From the IMG/VR virus record IMGVR_UViG_3300029305_009146: 64,000 bases of DNA; one strand, 5' to 3'. Made by a program: the position numbers and the translations under genes. Of the stretch, positions 36,937 to 46,263 are shown piece after piece. Each line of letters opens with the position of its first letter. The first letter of the stretch is position 1. The notes under the pieces were generated by a model, which was given only the letters and a program-made list of their open reading frames with translations, was not told the DNA's origin and searched no databases. The DNA is from an uncultured virus (IMG/VR IMGVR_UViG_3300029305_009146) (lineage: Duplodnaviria; Heunggongvirae; Uroviricota; Caudoviricetes).

Positions 36937-37746
36937 TTAAGCGCTTTCTTCGCCGAACACATCAACGAAGGAAAGCTGTCTGTTTGCAATCAGCGTATCC
37001 AGCTTCTCATTTACTTCTTCAAAGGTTTCGCCCCACTTAAAATTCTGCGTTACGAGATTGTCATCTGTGGAAAGTAACTCCAGCTCCCCCCAGAGCTCCG
37101 GATGATTCGCTTTCATGTCTGCCATCTCCTCATAGCCTTGGTTCGGGCAGTACCAGCATCCCTGCCGTTTTCTCTTTCCGTCATAAATCGGAGACAACAG
37201 CCCGTACTTCCTGCAGAGCGGGTAGGTATCATCTTCATTATACCCGAACTGTTCTAAAAGGGAAACAGCATTTCTTTTTTCGTGCATACTGACAAGTCTT
37301 TCCGGCTCGTCAAGAGCAATGCCCTCGTACATTACATAAGGCTGTTTGAGCGCCTTTAAGTAATCCCGGATAGGGTTTGCTTTCTCACGGTTCATGTAGC
37401 ATCGCTTTCCAAGAAGCCAGCCAGCCTTCTTGCCGTTTCTCTCCGGGATTTTGCTCTTATAAATGATATGGTTAAACCAGAACATGTAGTCGCGTTCAGA
37501 GCTTACCAGCACCACCTTATATCCCCAGCTCTCAAAGAGCGGCTTTGCATAATTTAATACCCAGTCAATATGCTTCGGATTCTCTCCACAGATACCGCGC
37601 TTTTTATCAAACCATACAATCGACATAATGACAAGGTCAATCGGAATGCCGTGCTCATGGGCAAGGATGACCGTTGCACTACTGTCTTTCCCGCCAGACC
37701 ACGATATAATATTTAGCGGACGGTCTAAACTCTGAACATCATCCAT
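36937..37746 (-). CDS. PAPS-reductase-family (PP-loop) protein
   Basis: SWSGGKDS, GIALDE..R, RQGCWYCP. Confidence 0.85.
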   Translation of the reverse strand: MDDVQSLDRPLNIISWSGGKDSSATVILAHEHGIPIDLVIMSIVWFDKKRGICGENPKHIDWVLNYAKPLFESWGYKVVLVSSERDYMFWFNHIIYKSKIPERNGKKAGWLLGKRCYMNREKANPIRDYLKALKQPYVMYEGIALDEPERLVSMHEKRNAVSLLEQFGYNEDDTYPLCRKYGLLSPIYDGKRKRQGCWYCPNQGYEEMADMKANHPELWGELELLSTDDNLVTQNFKWGETFEEVNEKLDTLIANRQLSFVDVFGEESA

Positions 37747-37811
37747 TTAACCTTCCCCCTTAACAAAAATTGAATACGGAATTAAAAATGAGGTATTCCG
37801 TTCCACATCTT

Positions 37812-37824
37812 TGTTAAGGGAAAA
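37812..37824 (-). promoter_or_regulatory. TTCC(C)TTAAC element motif
   Basis: Upstream of 37746. Confidence 0.7.
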
Positions 37825-37838
37825 TTTTATGATTAAAT

Positions 37839-37868
37839 AAAAAAGAGGCTCTTACGCCTCTCTTTTTT
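37839..37868 (-). terminator. AGAGG-stem family terminator
   Basis: AGAGGC-tcttac-GCCTCT. Confidence 0.75.
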
Positions 37869-37874
37869 ATCTTT

Positions 37875-38498
37875 TTACTCTCTCTCTTCCGGTTCTTTTT
37901 CTGATTCTGCCGGCTCTAATCCATCGCTCTTTACATGAATAAGCGGAACCGCACACCATACACCATCTTTACATACGGCAAAAGAATCCTTATGTATTAC
38001 ATGCTTTTCATGCCCATTGAGTTCCCACATATAAGAAACATCAAAAAACGCCATATTGTCTTGAATTCGGAGATTACTGATATTGATATCCCACTTATCC
38101 TCTTGACGTAATCCTTCTATGACATATTCTGCAAGCGAGAGCTCTCTTTCGTTTGCATCAATGTACTCTCCGCACGGCGTAGACATAGAAAGAGAACTAA
38201 GACATAATGGGGTTGCCCCTTTACCGTCATACCAGTTGTTTGCTGTCTTTAAAGCCTCGCTTCTCAAAACTTCGTCGATATACTGTGTACAGGAGATGAT
38301 ACAGTCATCATAGATTTTAGGGTTTTCCAGATAATCTTTTAATAAAAAATCCACCTGACAATACTCCAAAACCCTCCAATCGTCGTCTGCCGGATAGATG
38401 TATCCGCTAAAACAAATTCTTTTTTTACCACCGTTTTCATAAATTTGGTAAAAGTCCCGGCTCTCAATCAAATCAAGCATATTGTTGGTTATCGTCAT
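37875..38498 (-). CDS. Hypothetical protein
   Basis: SD; ends PEERE. Confidence 0.8.
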   Translation of the reverse strand: MTITNNMLDLIESRDFYQIYENGGKKRICFSGYIYPADDDWRVLEYCQVDFLLKDYLENPKIYDDCIISCTQYIDEVLRSEALKTANNWYDGKGATPLCLSSLSMSTPCGEYIDANERELSLAEYVIEGLRQEDKWDINISNLRIQDNMAFFDVSYMWELNGHEKHVIHKDSFAVCKDGVWCAVPLIHVKSDGLEPAESEKEPEERE

Positions 38499-38510
38499 AA
38501 AACCTCCTCC

Positions 38511-39026
38511 TTAATCCCTTTCCTGCTCGTACTGCTCATACGGAGTGAACTCTCTGTCCTTTTCTTGTATAAACCATCGGTCATCAAGATACTGCGCAAG
38601 GTAATTTTCTACCACATCAAAGAGGTCCGGCTCTTCCTTGAATTCGTCTTCAACCCAACAAACTAACTCTCCGAAAGTGCCATCTTTTTTGCAAGTAAAA
38701 TAAATGTCCCCGTCATCGATAATAACGATATTTCTGTCACGGCCATTGTTTGCTGCTTCCTCGAAAGAAGTGCAGATATACGATGCACCACCATTTGACG
38801 CAACAATGGCGAGCAGGGATTTCGGACGACTGATGCAATAATCCACCCTGCTGCTCTCAGCAACCGGAGAAAGAATTTCTTCAATATAATCTTCCTTTGC
38901 CAGCCCTCCGGAAAGTTCCATGGCCTGCTCCGGGGTGGTACAGTTGAGCCAGTCAAGAATTGCCTCTTCGTCTTTGCCTTCTACTACAAGTTCTACAGTG
39001 TAACCAAGTCTTACTCTTGCTTTCAT
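38511..39026 (-). CDS. Acidic hypothetical protein
   Basis: SD; ends EQERD. Confidence 0.8.
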   Translation of the reverse strand: MKARVRLGYTVELVVEGKDEEAILDWLNCTTPEQAMELSGGLAKEDYIEEILSPVAESSRVDYCISRPKSLLAIVASNGGASYICTSFEEAANNGRDRNIVIIDDGDIYFTCKKDGTFGELVCWVEDEFKEEPDLFDVVENYLAQYLDDRWFIQEKDREFTPYEQYEQERD

Positions 39027-39038
39027 AATATATCCTCC

Positions 39039-39716
39039 TTATCGTTCGATGTCTTCTTTTTCTTCAAACAAATCCTCTACATCCAACCACTTGTTCCAAA
39101 TATCGCCATAAACGGCAACCTTAGCATCTTTTGCCCCGCAATCATATTCAAGATAATTTCTAAGGTCTACAGGAACATAATCATCAGGAGCATCAACCCA
39201 TTTTCCGACAAAACGAAGACAAAGTCCATCTTCTGTGGGCGTAAGAACGGGCTCGCCCTCCGGCGAAAACTCCGGAGCATAAAAAGATAATTCATCCTTC
39301 AGTGTAAGAAACGCCTCTTCGCTTCCTTTTCCGGTAACAATAATCTCGGCTTTTATATCCCATTCTTTTTCCCAATCGAAGGCTTCTCTTGGAAAAATTT
39401 CTTCCGGACATGCCGCCATTTCATAACCGTCTTCGAAGCGAATATTCCATAAAGGGAGAGTATCAAGGTCGGCACCGTTCTTATCATCCATTATTAGACC
39501 AAGAACGGCAAAGGATTTTCCTTTAAGGTCGTCCTGTCCATTGTATTCATACTCGCCAAAACCTTTTGCAAAACCGGTATGCTTTCCGATATTATCATAC
39601 ATCCTGCAAAGGTCTTTAATGTACAGCCTTTTTTCTCTTTGGCTCATCTCATCACGGTCTCTACCCTGATATGATGCATAAAAATTCTTCCAGCTGGAAT
39701 ACATAGACATAGTCAT
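39039..39716 (-). CDS. Hypothetical protein
   Basis: ATGA coupling; ends EDIER. Confidence 0.8.
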   Translation of the reverse strand: MTMSMYSSWKNFYASYQGRDRDEMSQREKRLYIKDLCRMYDNIGKHTGFAKGFGEYEYNGQDDLKGKSFAVLGLIMDDKNGADLDTLPLWNIRFEDGYEMAACPEEIFPREAFDWEKEWDIKAEIIVTGKGSEEAFLTLKDELSFYAPEFSPEGEPVLTPTEDGLCLRFVGKWVDAPDDYVPVDLRNYLEYDCGAKDAKVAVYGDIWNKWLDVEDLFEEKEDIER

Positions 39717-40894
39717 CTCTCCTCTCTTTCTACTTCTTTCCCGTACTCCATTTCGGAAAGAGCAGATATGAAATCAGTTACAAACGGACGATATTTCTCC
39801 TCTACCTTTTCCAGAAAATCAGTTGAGTTTTCCTTTATTTTTGCATATGGCAAAGAAAATTCTTCATCCTTAAACTTGTAACGGATTGTGGTATCCGGCA
39901 AAACTGCACCTTTACAGGAAGCGTAGGTATCAACAACATCCCTAAACTCATCAACGTTTTCGAAATAGAATCCACGATTCACCACGTATGGGTTCTCCTC
40001 ATCAAAGCCAACGATATTTATTAAAGTTACATCAAGCGCATCCGAGTAGCTTCCGGCGTCGATGACAAACTCTTGATAACATTGCCAATGAAAATCATCC
40101 GGAATTTTTACCATTGTTTTCTTGAACTCTGCCTGTCTAGCTCTCGCGTTCTCAATGTAATCTTGGTCGCCTTTGTCAAATTCACGGACAGAAATATCTT
40201 CAAAATAGATATCTTCATCACATAAATTTGCCTCTATATGACGCAAGGTCGGGATATCGGGCGCCGGATACGTCGCATCAGAATAATGGCTGGCAAACCA
40301 TATTTCCGCACCCTCAATTTTTGACCCTTTTGCTTTCTCCACATAAATCGTATAAGAACATGCATCGTCTGCGTAACTAACAATCTTCCCTGTCAAATCA
40401 TAGTCTTTCAAGAACGCAACCTGTTCTTCATGAGATAAACCGAGGTCTTGGAGTTGCTCCATGTCAAAGCGTACAGGCTTTATCCCCTTTTTATAAAGTT
40501 CTTTCGAAACAGATGCTGCCTCATCGCGCTCACAAAACACAGTGAATTCAATATCCCATTCTTCCGGATTGAGTGTTTCTACGAATGATTTAAGAGCAGC
40601 ATCCTCAGAGATATCGTAATATGACTCCGTAAAATACAGTCCATATCGGCTTCGAGAAAAAAGCTCAGCTCCATGCGTTGTCAGCTCGTTAAAAAGAGGG
40701 CCTAACGGGATACTGTTTGGTTGAAGAACCCTAAGCGCACGATAATCAAGTTTTGCCAAACTACGAGTATGAAGTTCCATAACAAACGGAAGCGGAATAT
40801 CGTTTCCTGCTACCGCGTTGTTAGCGCGGAAAATCACGCTGTTATTCTTGCTTTTTGAAAGATACTCCACGATTTCTTTAGTGTTAAAACTCAT
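39713..40894 (-). CDS. Large acidic hypothetical protein
   Basis: Start moved to MSFNTK; ends VEREER. Confidence 0.8.
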   Translation of the reverse strand: MSFNTKEIVEYLSKSKNNSVIFRANNAVAGNDIPLPFVMELHTRSLAKLDYRALRVLQPNSIPLGPLFNELTTHGAELFSRSRYGLYFTESYYDISEDAALKSFVETLNPEEWDIEFTVFCERDEAASVSKELYKKGIKPVRFDMEQLQDLGLSHEEQVAFLKDYDLTGKIVSYADDACSYTIYVEKAKGSKIEGAEIWFASHYSDATYPAPDIPTLRHIEANLCDEDIYFEDISVREFDKGDQDYIENARARQAEFKKTMVKIPDDFHWQCYQEFVIDAGSYSDALDVTLINIVGFDEENPYVVNRGFYFENVDEFRDVVDTYASCKGAVLPDTTIRYKFKDEEFSLPYAKIKENSTDFLEKVEEKYRPFVTDFISALSEMEYGKEVEREER

Positions 40895-41574
40895 CGTTCC
40901 ACCTCCTGCTCCCATTCAAGGGCGCCGATTATCCTTTTCTCTTCCATGGTAGGCTCATACGCCTTAATTTTCGGTGTTGGCATCCAGGCAACCACCATCC
41001 GTGAGGTACTGTTATCCGGAATATCACAATAATTTCTTTCGCCGGTATGGGAACCGTTATATCCCATCTTTAGCTCTGCCCAATGATTATACCAACAATT
41101 ATACTGAGCATCTGCGACATAATACTTGTTATGGAGAGCGTCATAAACGGTAGCCTTACAATAATAGTGTCCGTCATCATTCCCCCAGTCTTTTCCCGGC
41201 AAATCTCCGGCAAAAACCGAATGCCAGTCGCTTTTTGGGAGAGCGCTTCTTTCTGCCTTGATGATTTCGGCGGATTCAATAGCTTCGGCGTATGTTTCCT
41301 TTACCTTGGCAATCCTGTCAAGCGCTCGATTAAACACATCGGCCTTACGCTTATCCAGCCCGGGGATTTTATTCTTGGCTGAAATAATAAGTGCGAGAGA
41401 ATCAAGTGCATCTCCGTGATTTTTAAATTTGCCCTCGTCATAAGCTTCTTCTATAGCAGAAATATCGCGAAGAATTTCCTTTGTCGCTTCTTCCGCCTTT
41501 TTACCCTCCCACATTGTTTCGTTGATAAGAGGATGACTTATCTCTTTAAAAATATTTTTCAAACTTTTTTTCAT
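40891..41574 (-). CDS. DUF551-like C-terminal domain protein
   Basis: WHSV..LP ... VVAWMPTP; ends QEVER. Confidence 0.6.
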   Translation of the reverse strand: MKKSLKNIFKEISHPLINETMWEGKKAEEATKEILRDISAIEEAYDEGKFKNHGDALDSLALIISAKNKIPGLDKRKADVFNRALDRIAKVKETYAEAIESAEIIKAERSALPKSDWHSVFAGDLPGKDWGNDDGHYYCKATVYDALHNKYYVADAQYNCWYNHWAELKMGYNGSHTGERNYCDIPDNSTSRMVVAWMPTPKIKAYEPTMEEKRIIGALEWEQEVER

Positions 41575-41576
41575 AC

Positions 41577-42083
41577 TTACTCCCTCTCTTCTAATCCAGC
41601 CTCTTCTTCTGTTTTTTTGAATTTTATCATCGCTTCGGCTACTCCTGGGCGGTGAAATAAATCTTTCTTTTCAATCCCGCCTTCGACTTTTACCCCATTC
41701 TCAAAAAAAGAATAAGTATATTGTTCTCCGGCAAGGTCGTTCCATTTGGAATAATCCAAATCCTTTATCTTGGCTTCCCTTGTTGCGCGGCGAAGTAAAT
41801 CTTTATCGCTTTCTGACCCGGTGAGCTCTAAAAGGTCGTATTCGTGTTCCCACAACCAGCAGTCTAAAGCGCGGAAGGTTTCGATGTCTGTCTCGTATCC
41901 CAAAACAGTGTTCAGATTCGCATACCGGTCAGCATCACACACATCTAAGTCGTTTTGCATTTGGTTATAGTAGAATGCATAACCAAAGTTGGTTAACAAC
42001 CGGCTTCCTTCGTCATAACCCATGTACTTGTTTACCTCTTCTATCTGTTCGCTTGTAATCGTGTTGCCATATACTTTACTCAC
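41577..42083 (-). CDS. Hypothetical protein
   Basis: GTG start after AAGGAGG; ends LEERE. Confidence 0.75.
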   Translation of the reverse strand: MSKVYGNTITSEQIEEVNKYMGYDEGSRLLTNFGYAFYYNQMQNDLDVCDADRYANLNTVLGYETDIETFRALDCWLWEHEYDLLELTGSESDKDLLRRATREAKIKDLDYSKWNDLAGEQYTYSFFENGVKVEGGIEKKDLFHRPGVAEAMIKFKKTEEEAGLEERE

Positions 42084-42096
42084 TGCGATATCCTCC

Positions 42097-42393
42097 TTAT
42101 CTGTCAAAATCTATTCCCAGTTCGCACTCTATGTACTCCATGATATAGAGAAGCTCGTCTGGTTTTAGCATGTTCACCGACTGGAAAACGCAAACACCGT
42201 CTTCATCCACCTCATAGTCCACCGGGAACGTGAGGGTTTTGTGCGGGTCAGATACATCTTCCTGTGCATCAAATACCGGAACAGAAATGATGCAATGACG
42301 GTTCTTTTTATCGACACCCTTGATTTCGTAATCACCCTCTCGCTCATAGAAAGCATTGATATACTCCCTCTCCTTTTTTGTTAAAGAAGTCAT
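42097..42393 (-). CDS. Hypothetical protein
   Basis: SD; ends DFDR. Confidence 0.75.
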   Translation of the reverse strand: MTSLTKKEREYINAFYEREGDYEIKGVDKKNRHCIISVPVFDAQEDVSDPHKTLTFPVDYEVDEDGVCVFQSVNMLKPDELLYIMEYIECELGIDFDR

Positions 42394-42415
42394 AAGTCTC
42401 CCCCTTTCTTTTATG

Positions 42416-42428
42416 TGTTAAGGGAAAA
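42416..42428 (-). promoter_or_regulatory. TTCC(C)TTAAC element motif
   Basis: Upstream of 42393. Confidence 0.7.
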
Positions 42429-42445
42429 TTTTTGAATAAGACAAT

Positions 42446-42474
42446 AAAAAAAGAGGTTGCTACACCTCTTTTTT
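42446..42474 (-). terminator. AGAGG-stem family terminator
   Basis: AAAAAAGAGGT-tgctac-ACCTCTTTTTT. Confidence 0.8.
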
Positions 42475-42480
42475 GTATAA

Positions 42481-42738
42481 TTACTTTTTTATCTTTTTGA
42501 CAAGCTTCACAATCCCCATTACGATACCGGCAACCGCAAGAATTGTACCACCGATTATTACAATGGGGAGAAAATCTTCGTCAAAGCAATCGCTGATTCC
42601 GGATAAGACTCCGCCGCCTGTCTCTGCCGCATCTGCGATGTCGTTTGCCAGTTCCACTCCATCAAGTACTGCTTCGCCACCGGCGCCTACCATATCCAGT
42701 GTGCTGACAAGATTGTTCACTGCTTTTGTTTTTCTCAT
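42481..42738 (-). CDS. Gly/Asp-rich tail-anchored membrane protein
   Basis: C-terminal TM followed by KKIKK. Confidence 0.75.
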   Translation of the reverse strand: MRKTKAVNNLVSTLDMVGAGGEAVLDGVELANDIADAAETGGGVLSGISDCFDEDFLPIVIIGGTILAVAGIVMGIVKLVKKIKK

Positions 42739-42740
42739 AG

Positions 42741-43247
42741 TTATCTCTCCTTTTCATCAATATCTTTCTTTTCAAGAAAAACATTGTTATTTGTTTGAGC
42801 CTCTTTCACTCTCTGTATGAGAACAGGATTATTTTCTATATAATTCCCCCATGCATCAGACAGTTTAAATAACTCCGCCGGATAACGCCCTTCTTTCTTT
42901 TCTAAGAGAGTCGTCTCACATCTGTCAGCAAAACGCTTTAACATATTATATGATAGCTTTTTATACTTATCACACCAAAGCGTGTTTACTATCTTGTTTT
43001 CCTTTTCTTCATAAACTCCGAACAAAACAATTCCGTCAAAGCAATGAACTGTTAGGTAATCCGCCCCGTCGGGAGACACCTTTAGTAACATTCCAATTGT
43101 CGCTTCCTCCAGTTCAAGAATTTTCACACCTGCCGCAGAAATCCGACATACAAGCTCAACTCCGTTCCGGATAAGTCGTTCTTTCTCTCTGCCCATTCCA
43201 TCATATGGTTCTATCCAGAACCCATAATTTTGTCCTAATGTATCCAC
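42741..43247 (-). CDS. Hypothetical protein
   Basis: GTG start; ends DEKER. Confidence 0.8.
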   Translation of the reverse strand: MDTLGQNYGFWIEPYDGMGREKERLIRNGVELVCRISAAGVKILELEEATIGMLLKVSPDGADYLTVHCFDGIVLFGVYEEKENKIVNTLWCDKYKKLSYNMLKRFADRCETTLLEKKEGRYPAELFKLSDAWGNYIENNPVLIQRVKEAQTNNNVFLEKKDIDEKER

Positions 43248-43256
43248 GCATCTCTC

Positions 43257-43490
43257 CTATTCGTACAACCTAAGTTCAGCAAGAACCGACTCTTGGATTT
43301 TTTGCTGGATTTCTTCCTTAGAATGTGCCGCAAGGATTTCTTCCATCGTCTCTTCATCAAATCCCATTTCTACATACTCGGAAGCGAGGATTTCAAATTT
43401 CTCACAGGTCAATAGTTCAAGTTTTGTTACCAAAGCTTCGTCAAACTCCAATTCATACTTATCAATCGTAATTTTTCTCATAGCCATCAC
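43257..43490 (-). CDS. Small acidic protein (resembles 2552-2794)
   Basis: SD. Confidence 0.75.
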   Translation of the reverse strand: MMAMRKITIDKYELEFDEALVTKLELLTCEKFEILASEYVEMGFDEETMEEILAAHSKEEIQQKIQESVLAELRLYE

Positions 43491-43550
43491 TCCTTTTTTC
43501 TTTTTATTCTATCATTTGTAGGCTGTCCTCGTCAATTTCCCTTCTATCTA

Positions 43551-43562
43551 TGTTAAGGAAAA
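43551..43562 (-). promoter_or_regulatory. TTCC(C)TTAAC element motif
   Basis: Upstream of 43490. Confidence 0.7.
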
Positions 43563-43583
43563 AATAGAGAGGTAAAATAAAAT

Positions 43584-44171
43584 TTACCTCTCTACCCGGG
43601 AGTTTTCTTCTCCTTCCAACCACTTCCCCTTCAGTGTCTCCGGAGAGAGCTGAAAAATAGGTTTTCCTTGTTCTTTTGCATACCGCATACACTCCGCGGT
43701 ACCACTCTTGGTCTCCGGGAGTTCCCAGTTAAAGTCCGGATAAATGCCGATTGTAGCATCCGTGTCGTCTACCATTTTATGATTACGGTTGTACATGGCA
43801 TCATTTATTGCTCTTTGGTTGGACTCACTGATATTCATATCACTAAGGATATGTACTTCATCCGCCTGTTTAAGCATAAGATTGTATTCTTTCTGGGAAA
43901 ACAATCCTTCCTTTGCCCAGCGCCTCTCTTGTCCTTTAAAGGGGACGTAAACAATGTTCTTAACGTTGTAACCTTCTTTTTTAAGAGAATTAACTGCCCA
44001 GAAGGCCAGCTGGTCAAGGCCCTGTGCTCCTCCGGTTATAAAGGAATCATAGCCTTGTTTGATAAGCTTCCGGATAGTATCTTTGAGAGCACTAAGTAAA
44101 GGGAAATATGCCGCTTTATTATCGTAGCCGTAGAGATTCTTGGGCCGAGGCCCGGTAAAACATGCTTTCAT
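43584..44171 (-). CDS. SLOG-superfamily protein (DUF1273/YpsA-like)
   Basis: CFTGPRP, FITGGAQGLD, RNHKMVD, SGT; ends RVER. Confidence 0.85.
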   Translation of the reverse strand: MKACFTGPRPKNLYGYDNKAAYFPLLSALKDTIRKLIKQGYDSFITGGAQGLDQLAFWAVNSLKKEGYNVKNIVYVPFKGQERRWAKEGLFSQKEYNLMLKQADEVHILSDMNISESNQRAINDAMYNRNHKMVDDTDATIGIYPDFNWELPETKSGTAECMRYAKEQGKPIFQLSPETLKGKWLEGEENSRVER

Positions 44172-44179
44172 AAACAAAC

Positions 44180-44518
44180 CTACCTTTCTATATCGTTGTT
44201 TTCTTTTTCCACTTCTCTTTCACGACGTTCAATGCACCCTTGGCAGCGGCATTCCTCTGCAAGAATCACTTCAAATTCGTTGCGGGGGTCACAGATAAAA
44301 GTGTCAATGTCAAAAATGAAACCGTGGCTCCTTACGGTACGGTCATCTTTTCCCCAGTACCCTCTGTCTTTCATGCCTCTTACACTGCCAGTAGCATCAA
44401 TATTCGAGTGGACGCTGTACCCCATGCCGGTACTGCCGTCTGCAATCCAGGCAAGACCGGATTTGTCATCGCGGTATAAATGTGCATACTTTCTAATGTC
44501 TCTTATGTGTCTTTTCAT
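44180..44518 (-). CDS. Hypothetical protein
   Basis: Start moved to MKRHIR; ends NDIER. Confidence 0.8.
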   Translation of the reverse strand: MKRHIRDIRKYAHLYRDDKSGLAWIADGSTGMGYSVHSNIDATGSVRGMKDRGYWGKDDRTVRSHGFIFDIDTFICDPRNEFEVILAEECRCQGCIERREREVEKENNDIER

Positions 44519-44526
44519 AAAAATAC

Positions 44527-45102
44527 CTACCTTTCTATTTCTTCCCGGCACGGATGATGTCGGATGAGGTTTTTGAAGCTCTCGAAGTCCTCTTCGTAAC
44601 ACATTCCGCCACCGGTATAAAATTTGTAACCGGTTTCATTATCAATTAAGACGACATTACAGTCGTAATAAAGAGTCCGGTATTCATCTTCGTCCTCTTC
44701 ATAATCTTCGTCTTCTTCGTAATCATCGTCTTCATAATACCCCTCCGGTTCTCCGTCTTCCCATTTGGCGGTAAACCCATCATACATTTCGCCGTCCTTG
44801 CAAACAACAACCATGTGATAGTCCCAACCGATATCGGCGTAAACCACCGAACCCGGGAGATGTGCAGAAAAGAAGCGAGCGATATCGTCCGGAGCCTCTC
44901 TGCAGGCGTTAAAGGTTACTACGCCGTTTTCTTCAAAGCCATCGCTGAAACAATTAAAGCCATCATGAGCTCGCTCTCCGTATTCGGCTACAACCTTGAG
45001 TACTTCATCCAGTGTTGTGTTTGTGATTGCCGCAGAGGTATATTCATGGTTAAAACCGTGGCTTCCCATGCAAAATCTCTTTTTCATCTCATTCAAATCC
45101 AT
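44527..45102 (-). CDS. Very acidic protein with D/E/Y tract
   Basis: YEDDDYEEDEDYEEDEDEY; ends EEIER. Confidence 0.8.
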   Translation of the reverse strand: MDLNEMKKRFCMGSHGFNHEYTSAAITNTTLDEVLKVVAEYGERAHDGFNCFSDGFEENGVVTFNACREAPDDIARFFSAHLPGSVVYADIGWDYHMVVVCKDGEMYDGFTAKWEDGEPEGYYEDDDYEEDEDYEEDEDEYRTLYYDCNVVLIDNETGYKFYTGGGMCYEEDFESFKNLIRHHPCREEIER

Positions 45103-45110
45103 GAAAACAC

Positions 45111-45302
45111 CTACCTTTCTTCTTGCTCTGCCTCCAGAGTTTCCTCTATCCCAAGTTCTTCCCAGATAGCATCAACCAGTCGCAATCCCTGCGCAAACTC
45201 GTCCGCCTGAGACCTGGTGTTTCTTGCTAAAATTTTCTCAAGCTCGGATAAATGCTGGTCAATAAAAAATCCACTTGCATTAGACTTGTCGTTAGCGCTC
45301 AT
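45111..45302 (-). CDS. Small hypothetical protein
   Basis: Ends EQEER. Confidence 0.75.
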   Translation of the reverse strand: MSANDKSNASGFFIDQHLSELEKILARNTRSQADEFAQGLRLVDAIWEELGIEETLEAEQEER

Positions 45303-45741
45303 GTTCTTCCTCTTTTTGTTCTCCGTTTATGCAACGATTGTTTTCGTTATTGCGGGGTCTGTAACCATAAATATCCTTGTGCCAGTCTGAGAAAGTGCTG
45401 AGAGCCTCGCGCTCTTCTTCTGACAGCTCGTTATATGGCTTATCCCATGCTTTTTGGCAGCGCTCATCAAAAAACTTTTGCAGTTCTATGATATTGCTTT
45501 CGTGTAGCTCCAGTTCCTTATCGTAGTTTACAATGCTTCTGCAAACATCGAAAATTGTATTGCCGCCATTTATGACCTCATCATACGCAAGATAATACTC
45601 TATATCAGACGGAGTAGCATCCTTGATTTCTTTGTCATAAATACACGGCGTAATACAAACGTTTCTGTCCGGAAGAGAATACATAACCTCACCATTTTGA
45701 GACTTTATCATATCCCAAAGGGCAATGGCAGTTCTTTTCAT
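45292..45741 (-). CDS. Hypothetical protein
   Basis: FSDWHKDIYGYRPR motif; ends EEHER. Confidence 0.8.
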   Translation of the reverse strand: MKRTAIALWDMIKSQNGEVMYSLPDRNVCITPCIYDKEIKDATPSDIEYYLAYDEVINGGNTIFDVCRSIVNYDKELELHESNIIELQKFFDERCQKAWDKPYNELSEEEREALSTFSDWHKDIYGYRPRNNENNRCINGEQKEEEHER

Positions 45742-45744
45742 CCT

Positions 45745-45987
45745 TTATGCCCATTCATTACCCTTCCCGCATTCGTGTTCAATAACGAGGGCATACGCTT
45801 TTTCGGTTTCTTCACGCTCTGCTCTCGTATTAGAATAAAGGTACGGGACAGATACGTCATCAAACTTTGTTATCATGATGATTTCATGGTTCTTTTCATC
45901 TAACGGAACTTCGTAGCGGTATCCGCATGCACGCTCCGATTTGTAGTCTGATACTGAAATATCAACCTGTTGGAATAGATTTCTCAT
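45745..45987 (-). CDS. Hypothetical protein
   Basis: GGAGG SD. Confidence 0.7.
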   Translation of the reverse strand: MRNLFQQVDISVSDYKSERACGYRYEVPLDEKNHEIIMITKFDDVSVPYLYSNTRAEREETEKAYALVIEHECGKGNEWA

Positions 45988-45996
45988 AAGCTCCTC

Positions 45997-46263
45997 CTAT
46001 CGTTCTATATCTTCTGTCTTTTCTATCGCCTTATCAAATTCTTTTCCATTTGAACTAAAAGAACGATAACATGTCCGAGGAAGACGGAATTCATCAAACT
46101 CGTAAGCGTCCGCTCCCTTTAGGGTTTGTGTTCCTCCATCCGTATACTTAATTCTGTATTCTGGGTTTCCATTTGCATCCATGCGCTTATGGCACTCTAT
46201 GACCTCTTCATAAAGGCCGGCCATACCCTGTGGTTCGTAACGCTCTTTCCGTCTATCGCTCAT
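45997..46263 (-). CDS. Hypothetical protein
   Basis: Ends EDIER. Confidence 0.8.
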   Translation of the reverse strand: MSDRRKERYEPQGMAGLYEEVIECHKRMDANGNPEYRIKYTDGGTQTLKGADAYEFDEFRLPRTCYRSFSSNGKEFDKAIEKTEDIER

